Source: an uncultured delta proteobacterium (GTDB lineage: Bacteria; Desulfobacterota; Syntrophobacteria; Syntrophobacterales; Syntrophobacteraceae). Taken from it: DNA of 64,000 nucleotides. The position numbers and the translations under genes were made by a program. Under the pieces are notes generated by a model that saw only the letters and a list, made by a program, of their open reading frames with translations, was not told where the DNA came from and made no database searches. Of the stretch, positions 32,037-42,813 are shown in pieces; the stretch's first letter is position 1; every line of letters begins with the position of its first letter. The stretch spans positions 55,853 to 119,852 of the forward strand of contig CAWEHK010000041.1 of the NCBI GenBank assembly GCA_963808625.1. The letters run 5' to 3'.

Positions 32037-32173
32037 GGTTGATGGTTGATGGTTGATGGTTGATAGTTGATAGTTGATAGTTGATGGTTGATAGTTGATG
32101 GTTGATGCCCAAGGGCCAACAGCTAAGAGCCAAGAGCCAAGAGCCAAGAGCCAAGAGCCAAGAGCCAAGAGCC
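32037..32173. repeat. Two adjacent heptamer arrays between tolQ and tolR
   Basis: (RGTTGAT)x10 at 32037-32106, then about 9 AAGAGCC units at 32111-32173. Confidence 0.95.
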
Positions 32174-32195
32174 GAGTCAATGCTGGAGATTAACG

Positions 32196-32639
32196 ATGGG
32201 GATGCAGACAAACGGAAGTAATCACAACGGAAGGATGGTTTCGGAGATCAATGTAACGCCATTTGTTGACGTCATGCTTGTGTTGTTGATTATCTTTATG
32301 GTAACTGCTCCGATGATGACCCAAGGGATTGACGTGAGCCTTCCTCAGGCCTCAGCGCCGGCAATTCCCACGGAGGATGAACGCTTGATGGTGACCGTCA
32401 ACCAGGACCGCAAAATCTTTATCAACGAATATCCCGTTGAGATGGACGCCCTGGGGTCCAAGCTGTTAACGATCTACCAGAATCAGAACCGCCGCCAGGG
32501 CGTTTTCCTGCGGGCCGACGAAAAGATCCCGTACGGCTTTGTCGTCCAGGTGATGGGAGTGATCCGCGAGGCCGGGATCGAACAGATCGGGATGGTCACG
32601 GAACCCCTGAAGGCTCCGTCCAAGACCTTGTCGCCATGA
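32196..32639 (+). CDS. tolR: TolR
   Basis: EINVTPFVDVMLVLLIIFMVTAP; LRADEKIPYG. Confidence 0.93.
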   Translation: MGMQTNGSNHNGRMVSEINVTPFVDVMLVLLIIFMVTAPMMTQGIDVSLPQASAPAIPTEDERLMVTVNQDRKIFINEYPVEMDALGSKLLTIYQNQNRRQGVFLRADEKIPYGFVVQVMGVIREAGIEQIGMVTEPLKAPSKTLSP

Positions 32640-32685
32640 CCTTTTCAGACATGCGTTTAGGGATCAGGGTTAGAGGGTTGTTTCC

Positions 32686-33651
32686 TTGGAATCCTTAAAT
32701 TTAGCACCACGCAAATTGGCGCGAGAGGATGTTTTGACCGGGATCGGGGGGTCTTTTGTCGCACATGCCCTCATTATTGCCCTTGCGATCATTGGCCCGT
32801 TCAGCCCCACCAAGACCATTCTCGCCAATCCGTTCTGGACGGTGAACCTGGTCACCATGCAGGACCTCGGTCTGGGAAAAGAGGTCCCGGCCAAGGGCAC
32901 GACGGTGAAAGGCGGCGCTGGACCGAAAGGGCAGGATGACCAGAGAGCGTCGGCCAGCCGCACGAAGGCAGGACCACTGGTGCCGGTTAAGCGACTGCAG
33001 ATGGATGAACCGACCACGCGGAGCGAGGCGGAAATAAAAAAGCTGGAGGCGCCGGAAGTCCCGAAGTTCTCCACTAACCCGCAGAGCGCGAGTGCCGTCG
33101 AGAAGAGCGTGGAGAAGCTCATTCCCAAGCCGAAAACACCCGAGCGGGTGCAAGTTGCTCAAGGCGCCAGGGAGCCAGGCGAGAAGGGCGCACCCGCCGC
33201 CGCAAGCACGGAGAAAAAAGAAGGGCAGGGCGGTGCAGCCGGGGGCGGCCAGGCCGGAGAAAAGGGGGTGACGGGCACCCGTGACGGGTCTGCCAAAGGC
33301 GTGGGAGAGAAAGCCGCTCAGCAGGGAGGACCGCCGGGTGGGGCTGACGGGGCCCAGGTCGGACTCGCTCGCCGGCTTTACTATACGGAAATCTGGAATG
33401 CGATTCGGAGGCAATGGGCACTCCCCGAGTTTCTCAAATCGCAGCGCCTGGAAACGGTGCTTGTCGTCGTGGTCAGAAGGGATGGGAAGGTCCTGGATTT
33501 GCGCGTGGAGAAGAGCTCCGGCAATGAGGTCTATGATGAATCCGCCAGGCGAGCGGTGCGAAAAGCCGAACCGCTCCCGCCGTTTCCGGCCATCTACAGT
33601 CCCCCTCAGGAGGAAATAGGGCTCCGTTTTCGCCCGGAAGACCTTTCTTGA
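32686..33651 (+). CDS. tolA: TolA/TonB family protein
   Basis: TM helix with S...H, low-complexity linker, C-terminal SSGNEVYDESARRAV..AEPLPP; position in tol operon. Confidence 0.85.
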   Translation: MESLNLAPRKLAREDVLTGIGGSFVAHALIIALAIIGPFSPTKTILANPFWTVNLVTMQDLGLGKEVPAKGTTVKGGAGPKGQDDQRASASRTKAGPLVPVKRLQMDEPTTRSEAEIKKLEAPEVPKFSTNPQSASAVEKSVEKLIPKPKTPERVQVAQGAREPGEKGAPAAASTEKKEGQGGAAGGGQAGEKGVTGTRDGSAKGVGEKAAQQGGPPGGADGAQVGLARRLYYTEIWNAIRRQWALPEFLKSQRLETVLVVVVRRDGKVLDLRVEKSSGNEVYDESARRAVRKAEPLPPFPAIYSPPQEEIGLRFRPEDLS

Positions 33652-33681
33652 CCATCATGGTGGAAGAGGATTTTCAAAATC

Positions 33682-35016
33682 ATGTTGCAGAATAAGCGGT
33701 TCCTTGTCTGGGTGCGTTGCTTCCTCATCGTTGGCGTCATTGCTTTGGCATGGGGTAAAGCTGCCTGGGCCCAAAGAGTCACCATCGATATCACGCAACC
33801 AAGTTTCGAAAGAATACCCATCGCCATTCCTGATTTTAAACGTCAGGCTGCCGAGCAGTCGCAATTGGCCCGCGAGATGGGAGAAGCCCTGGCCAACGAT
33901 CTGGATTACTCGGGAGTTTTTCGCTCGCTTGACCCGAAAGGTTTCCTGGAAGATCCCCAGACCATGGGTTTGACCGCCGCGGATATCAAGTTTCCGGAAT
34001 GGCGCAAGGTGGGTGCTGATTTCGTGGCGCGGGGAGCGTATCAAGTCCAGGGTTCGACGTTGAAAATAGAGGGGCGTCTCTTTGACGTCGTCGGCTCCCG
34101 TATGGTTTTTGGCAAGGTCTACGAGGGGGAAACGCGGAACTGGCGGCAGATGATCCATCGTTTCGCGGATGAAATTCTCTATGCCCTGACGGGAGAGCGC
34201 GGCGTTTTCGACACGAAGATTGCCTACGTCCAGGCCCAGGGCAAAGCGAAAGAGATTTATGTCGTGGATTTCGACGGCAGCAGTCCGGTTCAGGTTACCC
34301 GGGACAACAGCCTCAATCTGTCTCCTGCATGGAACTCGAATGGCACCCAGTTGGCCTATGTCAGTTACAAGGAAAACGCCGCCAAAATTTACGCCGTCAA
34401 TCTGATGGACGGGGCGCAGCGTGTCATATGCGGCTATCCGGGACTGAACATTTCCCCGGCGTGGCGGCCTGGAAGCAATCAATTGGCGGCGACCTTGTCC
34501 AAGGACGGGAACCCCAGCATTTTCCTCGTATCCTCGTCGGGAGAGGTCATTCAGAAGTTGGTTCAAGGCTTTTCCATCAATGTTTCTCCGAGCTGGTCGC
34601 CGGACGGGAAACGCCTGGCGTATGTTTCGGATGAAACCGGAAACCCTCAGATCTACGTTTTGGACGTCGCCAGCGGCCAGAAACGGCGCATCACTTTCAG
34701 TGGAAACTACAATACGGCGCCCGCCTGGAGCCCGAAAGGGGATTATATCGCCTATACCAGCCTGATCGGGGGGCGTCACAATATCGTTGTCATCCGACCG
34801 GATGGGAGCGATGCGCGCCAACTCACTCATGGTGAAGGAAACAATGAAGATCCGACCTGGTCCCCCGACGGCCGCATGCTGGCTTTCAGTTCCACGCGGG
34901 AAGGCGGCTCCGCGATCTGGGTGCTGCAGACCAATGGGACAGGAATCAGACGGCTCACTCCGAGTGGCAGTGGCCAGGAACTTCCCGACTGGTCACCACG
35001 GTCGGGTGGGCGTTGA
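33682..35016 (+). CDS. tolB: TolB beta-propeller protein
   Basis: Signal peptide, HRFADEI, repeated P.WSPDG motifs. Confidence 0.95.
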   Translation: MLQNKRFLVWVRCFLIVGVIALAWGKAAWAQRVTIDITQPSFERIPIAIPDFKRQAAEQSQLAREMGEALANDLDYSGVFRSLDPKGFLEDPQTMGLTAADIKFPEWRKVGADFVARGAYQVQGSTLKIEGRLFDVVGSRMVFGKVYEGETRNWRQMIHRFADEILYALTGERGVFDTKIAYVQAQGKAKEIYVVDFDGSSPVQVTRDNSLNLSPAWNSNGTQLAYVSYKENAAKIYAVNLMDGAQRVICGYPGLNISPAWRPGSNQLAATLSKDGNPSIFLVSSSGEVIQKLVQGFSINVSPSWSPDGKRLAYVSDETGNPQIYVLDVASGQKRRITFSGNYNTAPAWSPKGDYIAYTSLIGGRHNIVVIRPDGSDARQLTHGEGNNEDPTWSPDGRMLAFSSTREGGSAIWVLQTNGTGIRRLTPSGSGQELPDWSPRSGGR

Positions 35017-35165
35017 CCATAGCCCTTCGTTCTTCGATCCTTGTTCTTTACTGCAGGGTTTCGGCGGCAACCCGGTGACCACCGGGTGCGGCGGCGCGAT
35101 GAGAGATCCAACGGTCCCAAGGTGGTGTTTCCAGATTAACCCACGTGACATTGAGGAGGATGAAA

Positions 35166-35744
35166 ATGAGGTGTGATTCGCTGGTTCGAGGGTTCCTGAT
35201 TCTCGCGTTGTTGGTCGGAGGGTTTGCTTGTGCAAAGAAGACCGTGCCCCCTCAACCCGGTTTTGGTTCGGGGGCCGGGGGATATTCGGAAGGTGGCGGA
35301 ACCGGGGGACCGGGAGGAGCTGCCGGCGCCGGCCTGGACGATGCCAGGTGGCGCGAGCTCGGGCTCACCACCGAACAGGAAAAACAGGAATTCCTTGCCA
35401 AATCCCAAAAGTTTGAAAATGAAGACATCTATTTCGACTATGACGCCTATGTGTTGAGCGAACCGGCGAAGCGTATTCTCGATGAGAAAGTGGCTTTCCT
35501 CAAGCGGTTTCCGAAGGCCAAGGTGACCATCGAGGGCCATTGTGATGAACGCGGAACAACGGAGTATAATCTGGCGCTCGGGGAACGTCGGGCGAACAGT
35601 GCGCTGCAATACCTCACCAATTCGGGAGTCGGCCGGACGAACCTCACGACGATCAGCTACGGCAAGGAGCGCCCGATTGCCGCCGGCCACGATGAAGCCT
35701 CCTGGGCAAGGAATCGAAGAGATCATTTTGTGTTGACTCATTAG
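35166..35744 (+). CDS. pal: Peptidoglycan-associated lipoprotein
   Basis: FAC lipobox; IYFDYD, IEGHCDERGTTEYNLALGERRA, SYGKERP. Confidence 0.96.
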   Translation: MRCDSLVRGFLILALLVGGFACAKKTVPPQPGFGSGAGGYSEGGGTGGPGGAAGAGLDDARWRELGLTTEQEKQEFLAKSQKFENEDIYFDYDAYVLSEPAKRILDEKVAFLKRFPKAKVTIEGHCDERGTTEYNLALGERRANSALQYLTNSGVGRTNLTTISYGKERPIAAGHDEASWARNRRDHFVLTH

Positions 35745-35824
35745 AACGACCCAGCCGGGAAAGAGACGCCAGAGAACAGGGAGAACCAGTGGTTGCTTGA
35801 CTGTCCTTGCTTGGAAACCCCAAG

Positions 35825-35887
35825 TCCGAGATTCGAATTCCGAATTCCGAAATCCGACATCCGAAATCCGACATCCAAAATCCAAAG
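35825..35887. repeat. Heptamer array between pal and cpoB
   Basis: About 9 degenerate TCCGAAA/TCCGACA units. Confidence 0.9.
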
Positions 35888-35911
35888 CTGTGGATGGGGA
35901 AGGGAGAATTT

Positions 35912-36742
35912 ATGAAAGTAGGGAAGGAAGCGACGGGGATTGACATCAGGTGTATCTTGGCCGCAGTGACCATCGTCGGCGTGCTTGCGGGATGCGCCTC
36001 CACCTCGATCCATGAAATGAACGCCATCCAGCAGAATATGGCGATGCTCTATGAACGGGTCCAGGCACTGGAAAAACGTGTCGACGGCATGGATGGCCAG
36101 CCCCAGAAAAGGGCCGATCTGTATGCGCGACTGGAGGAACTGCAGCTTAAGGTTGGGGCCCTCAATGGGCGGATCGAAGAAACCGATCACAAAATCGAGC
36201 AGTTGACTCGCCTCACCGCAGCGCCCCCCGCACCAGCGACTCCGACCATAACGACCGCCCCCCCCGCCGCCGCTCCTGCGCCGACACCAGCTCCTCCTCC
36301 AACACCGCCCCCGGTGGCAAAACCGGCTCCTGCTCCCCAGCCGAATATTGCCATCCCGGAGAAGGAGGACCCGGAAAAAGCGCTTTTGGATAAGGCCGGT
36401 CAGTCGTTTCAGCAGGGGCAATTCGAGGCCGCGCGGAGGGATTATCAGAGCTTCATCTCCAAGTATCCCAAGTCATCGCATGCGGATAGTGCCCTCTTCT
36501 CGGTCGGAGAGTGCTATTTCTCCGAAAAGCGATATCAGGACGCGGTTGAAGTTTACCAGCAGGTAATCGAGCGCTACCCAAAGGGCGGCAAGGTGCCGCA
36601 GGCCCTCTTCAAGCAGGGCGCAGCGTTCCAACAGATGGGCGACGCCACCGCCGCGCGGATTCTCTACGAACGGCTGATGGAAAAGTATCCCGACAGCTCT
36701 CAGGCGCAGGCTGCCCAGAAGAAACTGAAACAGCTTCAATAG
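35912..36742 (+). CDS. cpoB: Tol-Pal associated YbgF/CpoB
   Basis: LAGC lipobox, coiled coil, Pro-rich linker, TPR repeats. Confidence 0.9.
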   Translation: MKVGKEATGIDIRCILAAVTIVGVLAGCASTSIHEMNAIQQNMAMLYERVQALEKRVDGMDGQPQKRADLYARLEELQLKVGALNGRIEETDHKIEQLTRLTAAPPAPATPTITTAPPAAAPAPTPAPPPTPPPVAKPAPAPQPNIAIPEKEDPEKALLDKAGQSFQQGQFEAARRDYQSFISKYPKSSHADSALFSVGECYFSEKRYQDAVEVYQQVIERYPKGGKVPQALFKQGAAFQQMGDATAARILYERLMEKYPDSSQAQAAQKKLKQLQ

Positions 36743-36755
36743 AATGTAGAAGGAA

Positions 36756-38633
36756 GTGTGTGCCAAAACGCCGGTGATGAACGAGGGACTCCCGCGGCTC
36801 TTTCTCTTTTTGTGGCTTGGGCTGGCCCTTTCTTTCATGGTTTTGCTGGCCTTGCCGGCTGGATCAGCGGCGGAAGAGCCCTCACCATCCCCCACCCTGG
36901 ACGTGCGTTATATTAAGTTCAAGGGGGTGCAGACCATTCCTTCGAGCGACCTGAAAAAGATTCTTGACACCAAAGAGAAGTTTCTCGGTTTGTTCACCAA
37001 GGCTCCCCTGGAAGAAAAAATCCTCAGCGATGATCTGGAACGGATCCAAACGTATTATCGCAGTCAGGGCTTCTATCATGCGCGGGTCGTATCCCACCAA
37101 AAGACAAAACTTTTCGGCAATGAGGTCCTGCTCGAAATTCAAGTTGAGGAAGGGCCTCCCATGGAGGTTTCTGCAGTCACGCTTCAGGTGGATGGCAACC
37201 CCGAGGGTCCCTGGCACCGCGAGCTGCTTCGTGTCATGCCATTGCAGGTCGGCAGCAGGTTCACCACTCCCGGTTATCGGGACATTGAAAAAGCCGTCGT
37301 GCGATATCTTTCCGACTGGGGCCATCCGAAGGCTCGTGTCGACCTGAATGCGCGCCTCGACAAGAGCACCAACCAGGCCGTTATCTCGGTCGAGGTTCAG
37401 ACGGGGCCGATCTGCTACTTTGGTTCGATCATTCTGGAAGGGAATGAGAATGTTGCGGATCAGGTCATCTATCGAGAACTGACCTTTCACCCCGGGGACC
37501 GCTTCAATGGCTCGAAGATTCAAGACACTCAGCAGCGCCTTTTTGGCCTGGAGCTCTTCCAATTCGTCGATTTGACCGTCGAAAACATGGACGGTGAGGA
37601 GACTGCGCTACCGGTCCGGATTCTCTTGAAGGAGGCCAAAAAACAGACCGTGCGCGGGGGTGTCGGCTACGGAACTGAGGATGAACTTCGAGGCCAGCTG
37701 CAGTGGGAAATTCGAAACTTCTTTGGGGACGGCCGGCGCCTGCAGATCAATGCCAAGGCAAGCTCCATTGTCCAGATGTTGCAAGCCAGATTTCTGCAAC
37801 CCTATTTTCTGACCCCGCGCAGCACTCTTACCGTGGATGGAGGGATTGAGCACGAGAACCAGGTTTCATTTGAGAATGACAAAGTGTATTTGGACCCCGT
37901 TTTCAACTACAAGTGGAACGAGCGATTGTCGTCCTTTTTCGGGTACAATCTGGAAGCGAACCGCCTTCTGAACGTGAACCTTCAGCCGGTGGTTCGAGGC
38001 CCCCAGGACCAGGAACGCGAGGATTATTTCATCTCGTCGATCCTCCAGGGAAACGCCTGGGAGCACGTGGATATCCCAGCCAACCCCCGCCAGGGACTGC
38101 GTTTCTTCGAGACGCTCGAGTGGGCCACGGCCGGGCTGGGGTCGCAGGTCGATTATGTCAAGCTGATTCTGGAGGGGAGGGGGTATGTGCCGCTCAGCAA
38201 ATATGGCGTGCTGGCTGCAAAGCTAAAATGGGGCGGCATACAACCGTTGGAAAATACGCCATATATTCCCATATTCAAACGCTTTTTTGCCGGCGGAGGC
38301 GACAGTGTCCGGGGCTATCCCTATCAGAAGCTTGGCCCTCTGGACCAGGACGGCAACCCCATTGGCGGCATGACCCTGGTTGAAGGCAGCCTGGAATGGC
38401 GCTTTCCGCTGCCGAAATCGTTTGAAGGCGTGCTTTTCACCGATTTTGGAAACGTCTTCGAACGAAGCTTCGAGGTTGTCTGGAGCAATCTCCGATACAC
38501 GGCAGGCTGCGGAGTCCGATACCTTACGCTGGTTGGTCCCCTGAGGTTGGACGTCGGTTATCAACTCAATCCCCCGGACCAGGATTTCTTCAATCCTTAC
38601 CAGTTCTATTTTAGTATCGGACAGGCTTTTTAA
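36756..38633 (+). CDS. Omp85-family outer membrane protein (TamA-like)
   Basis: POTRA-like repeats (YYRSQGFY), RFFAGGGDSVRGY, GPLRLDVG, terminal IGQAF. Confidence 0.9.
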   Translation: MCAKTPVMNEGLPRLFLFLWLGLALSFMVLLALPAGSAAEEPSPSPTLDVRYIKFKGVQTIPSSDLKKILDTKEKFLGLFTKAPLEEKILSDDLERIQTYYRSQGFYHARVVSHQKTKLFGNEVLLEIQVEEGPPMEVSAVTLQVDGNPEGPWHRELLRVMPLQVGSRFTTPGYRDIEKAVVRYLSDWGHPKARVDLNARLDKSTNQAVISVEVQTGPICYFGSIILEGNENVADQVIYRELTFHPGDRFNGSKIQDTQQRLFGLELFQFVDLTVENMDGEETALPVRILLKEAKKQTVRGGVGYGTEDELRGQLQWEIRNFFGDGRRLQINAKASSIVQMLQARFLQPYFLTPRSTLTVDGGIEHENQVSFENDKVYLDPVFNYKWNERLSSFFGYNLEANRLLNVNLQPVVRGPQDQEREDYFISSILQGNAWEHVDIPANPRQGLRFFETLEWATAGLGSQVDYVKLILEGRGYVPLSKYGVLAAKLKWGGIQPLENTPYIPIFKRFFAGGGDSVRGYPYQKLGPLDQDGNPIGGMTLVEGSLEWRFPLPKSFEGVLFTDFGNVFERSFEVVWSNLRYTAGCGVRYLTLVGPLRLDVGYQLNPPDQDFFNPYQFYFSIGQAF

Positions 38634-38654
38634 AAGAAGATAAGGGATTTCACG

Positions 38655-39143
38655 ATGGATGGCCCGGCTAGGCTGGATACGCTTATTGAACGTATGGAAA
38701 TGACGATGGAGCTCACGCGGGTTGCCTCTAACCCGATCCATGCCGGGAGCAGCGAAGGGGATAGTCTCGAGCACTACCGATGTCAGCTTTTGAGACCCGG
38801 GAAACACTTGAATGTCTATCTCTCTGTCCATGCGGAAGAAGGCGCGCCTACGCTGTACGATGTGCTCTTCATGCTGGCTCTGGACGCCTCCGGCTGCGAC
38901 ATGATGGCGGGATTCGACAAATATCGAGAAAAATGGAACACTATTTTCGGTGGATCCGGCAGCGAGGTCAAGGAAATCGAGCTCTTCTGGGAGGAACTCG
39001 ATAGCCGCTGCAAACAGACCGAGAAGTTTATGGATTTCCTGGGACCCTCTGCTTTTGAGGAGTTGCTCAACTTGTTCGGGCTGGAGGAGGCTGAGAACCT
39101 GAACCCCTTGGTGCAGCTCCATCAGTACAGGTCCACAGAATAA
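38655..39143 (+). CDS. Hypothetical protein
   Basis: 162-aa ORF with RBS directly downstream of the Omp85 gene. Confidence 0.7.
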   Translation: MDGPARLDTLIERMEMTMELTRVASNPIHAGSSEGDSLEHYRCQLLRPGKHLNVYLSVHAEEGAPTLYDVLFMLALDASGCDMMAGFDKYREKWNTIFGGSGSEVKEIELFWEELDSRCKQTEKFMDFLGPSAFEELLNLFGLEEAENLNPLVQLHQYRSTE

Positions 39144-39269
39144 AGTGACCATAAGCCAAGAATATCTGGCGGGGTCACACCTACACTCTTGACACGAAGA
39201 AACTCCACACGAATGTGTGACAGAGGCGGATCGTTTCCAGAAGAGCACGGACAAGAAGCAGAGTGCGCC

Positions 39270-39515
39270 ACTGTCGGTCAAGATCGTACAGACAGCATCA
39301 ACACCTTTGGGAGTGCCGATAGGAATCTGATCGCGGCAGACTTCACTCGCGAGGAGAGACGAAGTTTCACCATCAGGCGAGATATCCTCTGGGAATCAGA
39401 GACTGCATCACAATCTGAAGTGACCCAAAAAGAAGTCGAGCTCATAAGACTTTACAGATCAAACGACTCTACGATTGGATACAATAAATGGCCCAAATTT
39501 GTTGAGCCAGAATGA
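39270..39515 (+). pseudogene. 5'-truncated small GIY-YIG-like nuclease
   Basis: VGQDRTDSINTFGSAD...ILWESE...EVELI...SND..IGYN resembles the C-terminal part of small GIY-YIG proteins; N-terminal motif absent. Confidence 0.5.
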
Positions 39516-39578
39516 AACCACCTCACCAGTAGAGATGCAGCCCATCTATCATGCTGCGGAGAGACAAGGGACCAGCGA

Positions 39579-39776
39579 ATGCCACCCAAAGTGAGAGAAC
39601 TCATTGCCGAGCTTGAACTGGCAGGCTTTGTGGACCGAGGAGGCAAGGGCAGCCATCGGAACTTTGTCCACCCGAAGGTGAGAAGGCCAGTTGCCATTTC
39701 CGGGCGGCCGGGTGACGATGCAAAATACTACCAAGTGCGAGCTGTGAAGCTTGCGATAGAGGAATCCACAAAATGA
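39579..39776 (+). CDS. hicA: HicA-family toxin
   Basis: 65 aa, KVRELIAELELAGF..RGGKGSHRNFVHP. Confidence 0.88.
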   Translation: MPPKVRELIAELELAGFVDRGGKGSHRNFVHPKVRRPVAISGRPGDDAKYYQVRAVKLAIEESTK

Positions 39777-40012
39777 AAGACAGTGCCAGATACGTGAAGA
39801 TCGTCGAGTGGTCAGAAGAGGATCAGTGCTACGTGGGCAGCTCACCAGGATTGCTGTATGGGGGATGCCATGGAAACGACGAAAGGGAAGTTTTCGCAGA
39901 ACTGTGTCGAATCGTGGAGGAGGCAATAGCGCTTTACAGGGAGGATGGGAAGACCCTTCCTCCGCCAACTTCGGGCCGAGACTTCGCCAACAAGCTGCAG
40001 AGTGTCGCATAA
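39773..40012 (+). CDS. hicB: HicB-like antitoxin
   Basis: ATGA overlap with hicA; VEWSEEDQCYVG..PGL..GGCHG...EDGKTLPPP. Confidence 0.8.
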   Translation: MKDSARYVKIVEWSEEDQCYVGSSPGLLYGGCHGNDEREVFAELCRIVEEAIALYREDGKTLPPPTSGRDFANKLQSVA

Positions 40013-40115
40013 CTCGGGTCATGGCAATGTGTGGATATTTATGGATAAGTTTGGAGAACAGAGGTCTTGGCATGTTTTAAGCCAACACTTCGGAGGATTT
40101 TCTGCGGAGGAGATC

Positions 40116-40331
40116 ATGAAAAAGAGACATCACATCAAACTTGTCCACGAAGGTGAATATGTAGCAGAGGTAGACATTGAGCTCATCTACACCGATGAGG
40201 GGTGGTCACCTTACCTTTCTTTGGACGACGCTCAGAAACTCGACGACATAAGGGAGGCCCTGCGCAAGGGTGATTTGAGACAGGCTGCACTGCATGCTCG
40301 CGTCTATGCGCTGACTCCTGTAGCACTGTAA
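40116..40331 (+). CDS. Small hypothetical protein, probable antitoxin-like partner
   Basis: GGAGG RBS; KLVHEGEYVAEVDIEL...WSPYLSLDDA; overlapped (ATGA) by a remnant tail SEDFLRRRS*. Confidence 0.65.
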   Translation: MKKRHHIKLVHEGEYVAEVDIELIYTDEGWSPYLSLDDAQKLDDIREALRKGDLRQAALHARVYALTPVAL

Positions 40332-40588
40332 GTATATGGCAAGAGTCGTTTTGATTCCCATTGACGCAAACACGAACGTAATTGGTTGGTAAAGTTATTG
40401 GTAGCCTGCATATCGCACAGGATAAGGTGGGAACCTGCGCCAACCGCGTATACGTTGACCTCGACAGACAGGGAAATCTGGTGAGCATGACTATCGATCA
40501 TGCGCACCAATGCACGGCTTCAAGATCTTTCGGACCAGGAGTCGCAAACCGCTCTCAAACGGGGGAGAGAAATAGAGTGGTATCCGCC

Positions 40589-40813
40589 ATGGCAAAACCT
40601 AAACGAAAACTCACTGCTGCTGAAATGGCTGAAAAGAAGCGCCGAAAAAGAGAGTACATGACCATCTTCATCAACGGCAAGCAGAAACGAGTAAAGCGAC
40701 CGCCAACCATCGACGGTATGGATGTAGATGAGTTTATCCGGAGGAACGCAGATCCCATTTGGTTACACCAAAATGAGATATGGGAGGTCTTGAATGATGA
40801 CGATGAAACATAG
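40589..40813 (+). CDS. Small basic hypothetical protein
   Basis: 74 aa MAKPKRKLT...YMTIFINGKQKRVKRPPTIDGMDVDEFIRRNADPIWLHQNEIWE. Confidence 0.65.
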   Translation: MAKPKRKLTAAEMAEKKRRKREYMTIFINGKQKRVKRPPTIDGMDVDEFIRRNADPIWLHQNEIWEVLNDDDET

Positions 40814-40931
40814 CCTGCCATCTGCCAATAAGGCGGCCGCACCTGGACGGCTGGAAGGTCCGGCCCTTGGGGACAGCGGAGCTTTTAACAACGTTCTGAG
40901 CACTTGGGCGAGAATTCGTGGGGTGTTTTTT

Positions 40932-41018
40932 GGTGGGCACCATAAAGCTGTGCCCACCCTACGATATCTGAAGCTCTGACGGCAGAGTGTAGGGTGGGCA
41001 CGTCTTTTTGTGCCCACC
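40932..41018. repeat. Doublet of GTAG-type REP palindromes, copy 1
   Basis: ggtgggcac..gtgcccaccctac-spacer-gtagggtgggcac..gtgcccacc; inverted relative at 49623-49697. Confidence 0.88.
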
Positions 41019-41147
41019 GGAACCGCGCAGGATTTACGTCAATAGGTAACAGTCTTTGAGCAGTAAGGAGCAGAGCAAAAGATTCAGGCCGCCGGTGCAA
41101 TCGGCGGATCGCGTTGGTGTCTTTCGCGCCGGGCATGAATTCAGCTT

Positions 41148-41847
41148 CTATCGTCTTCGCCCGAAGATGTTCAAGAGCATAAGAAAGAGGTTGACGAAGT
41201 CCAGGTACAGTCGAAGAGCTCCGATAACGGCGCCTTTTCGCTCGCTTTCTTCATCGCCGAAACCCTGAAGGGCCATCGCTTTGATCTGCTGGGTATCATA
41301 GGCGGTCAGCCCGACAAAAACGATCACGCCCGCGTAGGTCACTACCCAGTAAATCATCTCGCTCCGCAGGAAAATGTTTACCACTGATGCGATGATGACC
41401 CCGATCAGCCCCATGAACAGGAAACTTCCCCACGAGGTCAGGTCGCGCTTGGTTGCGTAGCCGTAGAGGCTCATCGCGCCAAAGGTGCCGGCTGTGACGA
41501 AGAAGGTATTGGCGATGGACGCGCTCGTATAAGCAATGAAGATGGCGGAGAGGGTGAGACCGTTCAGGGCCGAATAAGCGAAGAACATCAGGGTAGCCGT
41601 GGTTGCCTGCAGGCGGCCGATGGCGGCGCTGAGGGTCATGACCAGTCCCAGTTCCGCGATAATCAGGCCAAAAAACACGATTTGGTTTCCAAAAATGTAA
41701 TTGAGCAAGGCCGGGTTTGAAGCTGTCAAGCAGGGCCACCACGGCCGTGGTAGCCAGTCCCAGACCCATCCAGTTGTAGACGCGAGCGACGAAATTGGTT
41801 TGAATTACAGCCGCTCGATCTCTCTGAGCATAAATGCGATCATCCAT
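41148..41847 (-). CDS. Bax inhibitor-1/YccA family membrane protein (frameshift near 41727)
   Basis: VYNWMGLGL, YGYATKRDL, GLTAYDTQ, ALRLYLDFVNLF. Confidence 0.93.
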
Positions 41848-42118
41848 AAGTTAGGATTCTTTCCACCAAATCGGTTAAGCGTTGACTTCCTTCCACTTGA
41901 TACCGACTGTAAATTAAGGTTTCTGTCGGCATGGGTCAATGCTAAAAGGTTGGAACGTTCCCGTCCCGGCTTCCGAAATGCCTTTTGTTCTCCCAAAATC
42001 AGGAAAACGCATGGTGTTGGCAGCGCATATTTCCTTATGCTCCGTAAAAGCATTGTGGTAGAAGATTTCGGACAAAGCAATTTGCGGGCGCAAGGAACCA
42101 TAACCATTGAGAGTTGCC

Positions 42119-42791
42119 ATGGCTGATCACTTCGACCTTGAACAAATCAAAGCAATGAATGAGCTGCAACGAAAGTACTTCAACGAGAATGTAGATATTT
42201 TTGAACCTCCGCTCCCGAAGGGGGTCCCGGCGCGCTTGCGGGCCACGGTGCAGGCAAGCGGCCTGCGACCGGGCGAAAAGGTCCTGGACGTAGGAACCGG
42301 AACGGGGATTCTCATCCCCTATATTCTCAAATATCGGCCTTCCGAGATCCACGCGTGCGACATCGCGGAGAAGATGCTGGAACGCGTCAAGCATAAATTC
42401 CCTCGCGTAATAACCCACCTGGGTGATATCAGCGACCTGCCGCTTCCGGACGACAGCCTCGATGTTGCCTTGATCAACGGCTGTTTTTCCAACATCCTGG
42501 ATAAAGCGAAAAGCCTCAACAATCTCTACCGCCTGCTGCGGCCGAACGGGACGACTGGTCATCAGCCATCCTATGGGGCGAAACTTCATCGTCGAACTCA
42601 AACAACACACGCCTTTTCATCTCGATTTGCTGCCCGATGAGGCGGAGGCAAGGGAATTGCTGGAGCGGCATGGCTTTGAGATCGCGTCATTCAGAGATGA
42701 ATTTGCCTTTTACCTCCTGGTTGCGATAACAAAAAACTGGGGCGAGCTGCCTCAACCGATGAAAAGCGGCAACATCTCGGGTAAGCGATAG
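42119..42791 (+). CDS. Class I SAM-dependent methyltransferase (frameshift near 42550)
   Basis: VLDVGTGTG, DIAEKML, LPLPDDSLD. Confidence 0.85.
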
Positions 42792-42813
42792 GCAGTCCCT
42801 ATCCCCAGCCCTT

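Noticed and set aside
32037..32173. Tandem arrays as CRISPR
   Set aside because: 7-bp units without unique spacers; no cas genes in the window
40814..40900. Possible integron attC site after the 74-aa gene
   Set aside because: gccaataaggcggccgcacctggacgg only loosely resembles an attC left arm; no matching GTTRRRY end or complementary arm, and no integrase
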